Positions 57,204 to 64,000 of a DNA stretch of 64,000 bases are shown here, one piece after another. Within the stretch, counting starts at the first letter, position 1, and the number at the start of each line of letters is the position of its first letter. The notes under the pieces were generated by a model that ran no database searches, had not been told where the DNA came from, and saw only the letters and a program-made list of their open reading frames with translations. The DNA is taken from the IMG/VR virus record IMGVR_UViG_3300009709_000002, positions 168,228 to 232,227 of that record. One strand, given 5' to 3'. The position numbers and the translations under genes are program-made. This DNA comes from a virus (lineage: Duplodnaviria; Heunggongvirae; Uroviricota; Caudoviricetes).

Positions 57204-60056
57204 ATGACAGATACGACAATTCCTGGTGTAGATGGTTCATTCAGTGATCCAGGCTTCAAAAAGCTTAACGCATCTACCATCCAGCTCACCAATCCTAATT
57301 TTGTAGGTCAGGCGATCAAAGTTCGCTGTTATGGTCCTGCTGCCAATGTGTATAGCCCGGTCAAGATGTATAACTACGTTGATAACACGCAGGTTATCAA
57401 CAATGCTATACTGTGGGATCCTGCTCGTGGAATCCACCATCCGGAAGCAGTTCAGATCGTTGATGTCAAAACTGCCCGTGACCCAGCTCATTACAACGCA
57501 CGCCTAGATGCAGCCGGGACAAACACCGATGATCCTACGCGAGTCTGGGGTTTAGATCAAGTTGGTAAGGTGTGGTGGAACACTGCCAATCTAGACTGGA
57601 AGCCTTATTACGATGTTCAGCTCATGCCTAGCGTGTTTGACAGAACAGCACTTTGGGGTGCTTTAGCTGACTATTCATCAGTTGAACTTTATGAGTGGAT
57701 CAAATCTCCGGTTGCACCAGCTAACTACATTGGAAGTGCCCTAAATCTTGCAGACAATAGCGTTCCAGCATTCGTAAACACCGTTAGTAGAACTCGCACT
57801 TGGTACATTCGTCCTATTGCGTGGCGATTCTCAACGAGCCCGATGTCTACGCCAAGAACATTCCTGGCATCATCGCCAGCTAACTTGTATTTGAGTGAAA
57901 CAGCAGTTGGTCCGGCTACAGCAACGCTTCTAACTGGGCGGCTGTCAAGCTACGGTCTAGCAACTGGCTCAAAGTTCTCTCTTGCTTCATATAGCTCAAC
58001 GTCAAAAACAGATGCAACCTGCAACAATGTAACAGGTTTAGCTGTTGCGACGAGTGATGAAAATTTCTTAGCAGGTTCATCAACAAGCTACACTGCGCCA
58101 GCTCTGCACCCTTCTGCCTACTTCTCAAACATGGCTGTCACCGTGTATGACAATGCCACGTTTAGCGGTAATGCAAGCAATTTTGGCGCGATCAAATTCA
58201 ACAATGTAGTAGATTCAAACCAGATCACCTGGATCATCGTAACATGCCCAAATAGCGGTGTGACTTCCAAAGTTCAAGTCACAGCAAGCAGCTTTACCAC
58301 CGGCACTCAAGTCTCTTACAAGTTTCCTGAACTTGGCATAATGATTGCGGGTACCGCACTACAAGGATCGAATGATACTTGGGCAAATGCAGGCACTCTT
58401 ACACCATCACAGCTTATTGAGCAACTTTCGGCTATCTTCGGTAGCCCATTGCATGATGTTGTCATGCGTTCAACCATCGATGTCAATATTCTGGCTCAAT
58501 TTTATGATGCTGGAACACATGCGGTTGTTCAAGAGCTTGAAGATGCTAACAGCGATTCTCTCATTGGCAATCCATTACAGGCCACAAGCGTTTATAACGG
58601 CTGGGTTGCCTGGAATGATCCAACAAACTTGTCATCCGATCCATATGCGCCTTACAATCAATGGCAGCCCCTGATCGGTGCGTATGTTAACGCAACTGAT
58701 TCGCTTCCAATGCTTTCGGATGCGATCACTGCAGACATCAACACGCCATTCACTACAAGAGCTGGGACCATTATCAACCAGTTTCAAGAGATCTGGAGCA
58801 ATTGGACGTCATTGGATATGACGACGACTTCAGCTCGCTACTACCAGTCACCAGTTCCATTTTCACTTTCTGTGAATGACGTAACGGTGACTAATGGAGT
58901 TGCTTATCCAACGACTCCAACGTTCAATGGCCCAGTTAACTTCTTCGTAGCTAACTTCTCATTCCCGCTGTCACTGTCAGCGCAGGCGGCTAACGCTTCG
59001 GTATTCGTGAATGGTTACAAGATCACTTCAGCTAATTGGAATATTGTAACGTCTGGTCAGACTATCTTCTTTAACGTTACCAACGTCAATACCGGCGACT
59101 TGATCACAATTCAGATTCCTGGCTACCAACCTACATCTGCACAGCTTGCCTATGATCCAACAGCAGAAGATGCTGATCCATTAGTGCTTACGCAATATGC
59201 GATCGATTATCCGCATGTTGTTGAAAGTGTACGATCGGTTCTTGGAAACCAAACTACTTCAGTTTACTACTTCTGGGTAAAAGGTAAGTGCTCATTGGCG
59301 AACGCTAACAAGAGCATGTCGATCAACCAAGCTGCTAGCCTGCTAGCCACGAACACAGATGTCTATTCAATTCTTCAGATCATGAAGTACTATGATCAAT
59401 TGAATGCTCGCCCAAATCGTTACAGCATGCTTACTGTAAAGGGTCTTGAGCAATACGTTCGACAGACAGACACTTACAAGCTTCGTGTAACGACAGATGA
59501 AGCAGTACGAAACACCGACAAGAATATGACCTTGAAGAACGTTCACACAGAGTGGAAACTTCTTCGTGCAAAGCAATCAACGGTCATTCCAAAGAATCTT
59601 TGGGACTTGCTGACTGATTCTGTTTGTGGTCAAAATGCTATTGGTCAACCAATTCCATCACAGCTTTACCAAGCGTATGATGACAGAAACGGAACTTCGA
59701 CTCGTTATGGTTTCAACACTGGCCAAATCCTAGTTGATAGCTCAATCGCGATCAACACGATTACCTACACGATTCAGAATACGACGATCAATAAATATGA
59801 TAGCAACTATAATGCAACGCCGGATTACATCTCATATCCAGGCTTTGATATGTCGCAGTTGAGCACATACTTTGCTACTCCAGCTAGCTCTCGTCAATTC
59901 TTGACAAATGTTTGGCTTAACGCGACTCCTCGACAGATCAATGAAATCTTCTTTGCAGTACTAGAAGATGCTCTTACGGTGAATTATGAAGTTACCGACT
60001 TCTTCAAGACATCCATGATCGCAATGCAAGAAGTCCAAATCGTAAACGGGAGCTAA
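57204..60056 (+). CDS. Baseplate structural protein, probable C-terminal part of the giant protein
   Basis: WDPARG, DPA.YN, W...QVGKVWW, YEW, YYFWVK, HTEWKLLR, FFKTS. Confidence 0.75.
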   Translation: MTDTTIPGVDGSFSDPGFKKLNASTIQLTNPNFVGQAIKVRCYGPAANVYSPVKMYNYVDNTQVINNAILWDPARGIHHPEAVQIVDVKTARDPAHYNARLDAAGTNTDDPTRVWGLDQVGKVWWNTANLDWKPYYDVQLMPSVFDRTALWGALADYSSVELYEWIKSPVAPANYIGSALNLADNSVPAFVNTVSRTRTWYIRPIAWRFSTSPMSTPRTFLASSPANLYLSETAVGPATATLLTGRLSSYGLATGSKFSLASYSSTSKTDATCNNVTGLAVATSDENFLAGSSTSYTAPALHPSAYFSNMAVTVYDNATFSGNASNFGAIKFNNVVDSNQITWIIVTCPNSGVTSKVQVTASSFTTGTQVSYKFPELGIMIAGTALQGSNDTWANAGTLTPSQLIEQLSAIFGSPLHDVVMRSTIDVNILAQFYDAGTHAVVQELEDANSDSLIGNPLQATSVYNGWVAWNDPTNLSSDPYAPYNQWQPLIGAYVNATDSLPMLSDAITADINTPFTTRAGTIINQFQEIWSNWTSLDMTTTSARYYQSPVPFSLSVNDVTVTNGVAYPTTPTFNGPVNFFVANFSFPLSLSAQAANASVFVNGYKITSANWNIVTSGQTIFFNVTNVNTGDLITIQIPGYQPTSAQLAYDPTAEDADPLVLTQYAIDYPHVVESVRSVLGNQTTSVYYFWVKGKCSLANANKSMSINQAASLLATNTDVYSILQIMKYYDQLNARPNRYSMLTVKGLEQYVRQTDTYKLRVTTDEAVRNTDKNMTLKNVHTEWKLLRAKQSTVIPKNLWDLLTDSVCGQNAIGQPIPSQLYQAYDDRNGTSTRYGFNTGQILVDSSIAINTITYTIQNTTINKYDSNYNATPDYISYPGFDMSQLSTYFATPASSRQFLTNVWLNATPRQINEIFFAVLEDALTVNYEVTDFFKTSMIAMQEVQIVNGS

Positions 60057-60059
60057 CAA

Positions 60060-62678
60060 GTGGCAGTAGTAAACAACGACACGCAGCTATTAGAATCACT
60101 GTCGGCCTACATCAATGACGTAAAGCCATACCACTCTAAGCTCATTCAGATGACCACGACGCTTCAGTTCACTGACGCGTTCACAGCTTCATGCGCTGAT
60201 AATCTTAGCACAAACATCTACCTTCAAAACATCTGGACAAGAGATGACACTGTTGGTGGATGGCGTATGTATAACTTCTCAGGCGGCACGCAGAATGACG
60301 CTACCTACGTTATTCCAGCTACAGTCTATCCACGCTTCTCGATAAATGACTCACTGAATTCAAATCAAATGCCGCTCGGTACAGACCCAGCCACCGTTGA
60401 TTTGACAGACGCAAACAATGACGGCATTCCTGACAGTGAAGAGCCATGGTCAGGATTGCCTGGCTATGCTTCTCACCAGCTTGGATCGAACACGATTCCA
60501 GTATCAGCTCCTGTTGTTAGCGTTTCACGTGTTATTACCGGCGTAGAGCAAGAACCAGGTGGAACTGGCACATTCTTTGACGGTGGTTGGTTCCTAGATG
60601 GATCTCATACCTTCAATTCAACCGCAGCAAGCAATTATCTTGACGGAACGTGGACGCTTGACGGATCCAAGACTCTCAACCCTACAATCTATCCGTGTAC
60701 AATTCAGTATGACTTGGCTTTGGTTGTAGAAGGTGTTGCAGAAACCTTCGCATTTGGTGATGTTGTTCCACAGATCACAATCAACGGAAGTATCTTCACT
60801 GGTTCGATTATTGCTCTTTCAGCAACTTCATTCTTGTTGAAAGATGCGCATTTGGTTGCGCCAATTGCGCCATACACTATCTCAGCTGCTGATACTGACG
60901 TTTTCTCAAATCTACAAGCTGCTCTCAATTCTGGTGCTAATGTACTTCCAATGATAGGATCGTACATCAACTACATCACTCCGGCGCCAGCGGTAAGCAC
61001 AGTTTACGTTCAAACCGGTCGTTATGCAGTTCCGTTCCACCAAGGTTCACGCGTTCGAGTGAACGGTGAATACATGGATTTTGGTATTGAGTATGTAGTT
61101 GATCACACTCGTGGCTTCATTCAGTTTATGCCTGGTAGATTCCCGGCGCCAACTGATCACGTTGACATCAATTACTTCATCAGTGATAAGCTGTTTTTCA
61201 AGTACACCACGCCATTCGCAGCAAGTACAAGTTCTAGTAATCCGAGAGATTCATTCACGATCACACTTGATTCGACTCAAGCTCTTGGTTACACTGTTGC
61301 GTTCAACAATGCAGACGGAAATACTGGCAAGGGCGTTCTCAATGACATCATTATTCCGGTTGCAGCAGATGGCACGGTCTTCACGATTACCGCATTAACA
61401 CCGCTGTATTTCCAAGTTCAACAAACAGCGCCTGTCATGGGACCAATTACTTACGCAACGTTCGGTGTGCCATATTCGGCAAACCAAATGACGACAGGCG
61501 TAAGCAACTACATTGATGGTACTTGGAAGCTTAATGGTGCAAGAAGCCTGAATGCCTTCCCTTCACTTCTTGCATTCACGATTGACGGATCTTGGATTGA
61601 TTACTACCTGACGCAGGACGGCAACAATTATGACTCATTCACGCTAAATCTGCCCTTCTTCACGCAGATTAGCGCGCCGATTGACGCCACGGATTACTTG
61701 CCAGACCTGAGCATCCAAACTGAACGCGGCTACATCACCGAGCAATATGACCCGGCTGCTGCACTTCACGATGGTATGCAATTCTCGACGTTTGGTCAAG
61801 TTCTCATGCAAGAGACGACCGTTCCAACTGGCCAACAGCTGGAATACACGTTCGTATTCAACTCTATTCCTCCGCTGAACACCTACATTGAATTTAGAGT
61901 AGAACAAGCTGGCCAATACAATCAGATCGCTAACGCATCTTTCGATGAACGCATTGAGTTCAAAGAACTCATTCGTCTTTACGATTGTATGTGCGCTACG
62001 TCGATGAACGTAACTGGTGAGTGGTACACTACACAGATCAACTTGGACAATGCTCCGTGGGCAGCTACTAACGCGTCGATGTATCCAGCTCTGCCACAAG
62101 CTGTGATTACGCAACCTACTCCACCAACACCGCAGATTCCAAGATTGCCAGGCATCTACAAGATGCGACTGTTTGATCCGGTATGCTTCGATAACTCGAA
62201 CACCGGATATGAAGCGTTCCCGTATGACACAGATCGCTACGAGACGGATGATTGCTCTGGCGTTGCAACTGATCAAGCTGGAAACAATGTCTTCACGTAC
62301 ATTTCAGATGACTTCTACCTGACTGTCACAGAAGGTGGTGCTAACACTGTGATTCACAATGTTATGCTCCACCCAGAAGCTAACTTCTATGAAGAACCAG
62401 AGCAAGTCAATAATCTGTACATTCACTATGCTGGTCAGTACATCATTGATAGCGTGGTGGTGCTTAATGGTGACCAAGTAATCACGCCAGATACTTTGGT
62501 TGTAGGAACTCACGTGGTTCAAGTAAGCTTCAACACCGCTCGTTCATTCAGCGTTTGGATTGAAGCAGATACCACCACATTGAATCCGCCAGAAGGTGAT
62601 TACACTGAGCAATTCTATGATGGTTCCTTCAATTATGATGGCACCCGCGCATTTGAAGAATACAACCCAGCGCCTTAA
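60060..62678 (+). CDS. Baseplate/tail structural protein with DG.W.LDG repeats
   Basis: YINDVKPYHSKL start; four aromatic-DG repeats. Confidence 0.7.
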   Translation: MAVVNNDTQLLESLSAYINDVKPYHSKLIQMTTTLQFTDAFTASCADNLSTNIYLQNIWTRDDTVGGWRMYNFSGGTQNDATYVIPATVYPRFSINDSLNSNQMPLGTDPATVDLTDANNDGIPDSEEPWSGLPGYASHQLGSNTIPVSAPVVSVSRVITGVEQEPGGTGTFFDGGWFLDGSHTFNSTAASNYLDGTWTLDGSKTLNPTIYPCTIQYDLALVVEGVAETFAFGDVVPQITINGSIFTGSIIALSATSFLLKDAHLVAPIAPYTISAADTDVFSNLQAALNSGANVLPMIGSYINYITPAPAVSTVYVQTGRYAVPFHQGSRVRVNGEYMDFGIEYVVDHTRGFIQFMPGRFPAPTDHVDINYFISDKLFFKYTTPFAASTSSSNPRDSFTITLDSTQALGYTVAFNNADGNTGKGVLNDIIIPVAADGTVFTITALTPLYFQVQQTAPVMGPITYATFGVPYSANQMTTGVSNYIDGTWKLNGARSLNAFPSLLAFTIDGSWIDYYLTQDGNNYDSFTLNLPFFTQISAPIDATDYLPDLSIQTERGYITEQYDPAAALHDGMQFSTFGQVLMQETTVPTGQQLEYTFVFNSIPPLNTYIEFRVEQAGQYNQIANASFDERIEFKELIRLYDCMCATSMNVTGEWYTTQINLDNAPWAATNASMYPALPQAVITQPTPPTPQIPRLPGIYKMRLFDPVCFDNSNTGYEAFPYDTDRYETDDCSGVATDQAGNNVFTYISDDFYLTVTEGGANTVIHNVMLHPEANFYEEPEQVNNLYIHYAGQYIIDSVVVLNGDQVITPDTLVVGTHVVQVSFNTARSFSVWIEADTTTLNPPEGDYTEQFYDGSFNYDGTRAFEEYNPAP

Positions 62679-62716
62679 GCAATAAATACTCACATCATTA
62701 TTCAACAGGATTTTAA

Positions 62717-63292
62717 ATGAAAGCACGTTCTTTTATGCGACCAAAAATTGAAGGACACGTAACGATCGTGGATAAAGACACGGGCGAAGTTGTTCTCAGC
62801 AAGAAAAATGCGGTTCACCCGCAAAACATGGCTACCGCTATTTCTCGTGCACTGTCGCAAAGCTCGAATGGATACATCTACACGCTCGCTCTTGGCAATG
62901 GCGGAACGTTCTATAACTCAGCTAACCAGTTGAATTATCGTCCACCTAACACTATCGGCGCTGCAACTCTCTACAATGAGACGTATTCAGAGCAAGTTGA
63001 TGCGAACGCAAACGGTACGCCACAGGGCAACTCGGTGATCGCTGCTCAGTCTCCTTCACCAGCTATCACGTCGATCATCGTAGTGACTATGGAGCTTAGC
63101 TCAGTTGAACCAGCTGGCCAAGCAACTTCAGACAATTCAACAACAGAGCCAAATTCACTTTACACGTTCGATGAACTTGGCTTGCTGACTCAAGATGGTT
63201 TGCTTTTGACTCACATGATTTTCAACCCGATTGAAAAGACCGCTAACCGTGCATTCTTGATTACTTACACGATTACAGTAAGCGTGAGCTAA
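62717..63292 (+). CDS. Baseplate/tail-fibre attachment protein
   Basis: GHV.I.D..TGEV...K.NA, GNGG, FDELGL, TH.IF.PI.K..NR...I.YT; late promoter 62682-62688. Confidence 0.65.
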   Translation: MKARSFMRPKIEGHVTIVDKDTGEVVLSKKNAVHPQNMATAISRALSQSSNGYIYTLALGNGGTFYNSANQLNYRPPNTIGAATLYNETYSEQVDANANGTPQGNSVIAAQSPSPAITSIIVVTMELSSVEPAGQATSDNSTTEPNSLYTFDELGLLTQDGLLLTHMIFNPIEKTANRAFLITYTITVSVS

Positions 63293-63293
63293 C

Positions 63294-64000
63294 ATGGCAA
63301 ATTTAACTCCAGTCCCAGGTTGGGATCCAGTTCCTGAACTTGAAGTCACCACAAAAGTGCTTGGTGGGCCTGGTGGGCCTGCGAATACTCAAGCTCAAGC
63401 ACTTCTTGATAGAACTGAACTTATTGCTCAAGGAACTGCAACAACGGCTGCGCCGTTAACAGGCGCTGAAGTTGCGTCATTAAGCCAAGGAGGTGGAATT
63501 GTTAGCGCTACGTTATCAACAATCTTAACCTGGCTTAAAAATGCTTTGATGACTAGAGCAAACAATCTATCAGATTTGACAAATGTCGCAACGGCAAGAA
63601 CAAATCTTGCGCTAGGCACTGTAGCAACGCTGAATACGGTACCTGTTGCAAATGGTGGTACTGGTCAAACAGCTGCTAGTGGCACTACTCTCGATGCAAT
63701 CTCTGGATTCTCTGGAACCGGTTATGTTCAACGTACTGGCGCCGGAGCTTATAATTTTGTAACAACACCATACACGCTTCCACCAACTACAACTTCAACG
63801 CTTGGTGGTATGATCACTGGTAATGGATTGTCTGTCGCGGCTGGTAATGTAAGCGTTAATACTGGTGCTGGTTTGACAACTTCAGCAGGAGCTGTGGTAG
63901 TAAATGCTGGTGCTGGCATTACTATCGCTGGTGGTCAGGTTACAGTTACAGGTGTCAGCGCAAAATCACTTACTGGCGCAAGTAGTAGCGCCATGAGCTA
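63294..64000 (+). CDS. Tail fibre protein, N-terminal part (runs off window; not in ORF track)
   Basis: MANLTPVPGW...LGGPGGPANTQAQALLDRT, NNLSDL...ARTNL.LG, VANGGTG, G/V-rich shaft repeats. Confidence 0.85.
   Translation, partial: MANLTPVPGWDPVPELEVTTKVLGGPGGPANTQAQALLDRTELIAQGTATTAAPLTGAEVASLSQGGGIVSATLSTILTWLKNALMTRANNLSDLTNVATARTNLALGTVATLNTVPVANGGTGQTAASGTTLDAISGFSGTGYVQRTGAGAYNFVTTPYTLPPTTTSTLGGMITGNGLSVAAGNVSVNTGAGLTTSAGAVVVNAGAGITIAGGQVTVTGVSAKSLTGASSSAMS

Noticed and set aside
57107-57204. Stop read-through or gene-60-style short bypass between the two giant ORFs
   Set aside because: Second ORF is in the +1 frame with stops at 57156 and 57159, and has no in-frame AAC landing codon matching the last sense codon
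61644-62276. 210-aa antisense ORF (likewise 24849-25451, 1943-2464 and similar)
   Set aside because: Fully overlaps well-supported genes on the other strand; no independent signals
1-64000. tRNA genes and alternative genetic code
   Set aside because: No cloverleaf recognised by eye; core genes are intact under the standard code, and TAA, TGA and TAG all serve as stops

Overview
This 64-kb window comes from a large T4-related (probably jumbo) myophage and holds most of its virion morphogenesis region. Left part (1-31.7 kb, mostly minus strand): GroES, UvsX, gp32 SSB, terminase, head completion/neck/tail genes, RNA ligase 2, tail sheath, an HNH endonuclease, major capsid, scaffold, prohead protease, portal and a tape measure with an SLT domain. 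Middle: gp26/gp51-like pair, a ~600-nt structured non-coding element, a resolvase, gp46/gp47 and late sigma gp55. Right part (39-64 kb, plus strand): baseplate and tail-fibre operon. Two promoter classes can be read directly: late (T/C/G/A)ATAAATA and early AAAA-T(A/T)TACA-N17-TAnnAT. Most notable observations: (1) a canonical -1 slippery site joining gp26-like to gp51-like, resembling a G/GT tail chaperone; (2) the structured non-coding element; (3) a giant baseplate gene apparently split by a Pro-Thr-linked cassette, followed by a hairpin whose loop is complementary to both putative junctions; (4) a set of proteins with capsid-targeting-like N-termini, including three predicted enzymes; (5) late promoters repeatedly embedded in hairpins, some of which hide the RBS. 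All calls rest on motif recognition and gene order only; no database searches were run.
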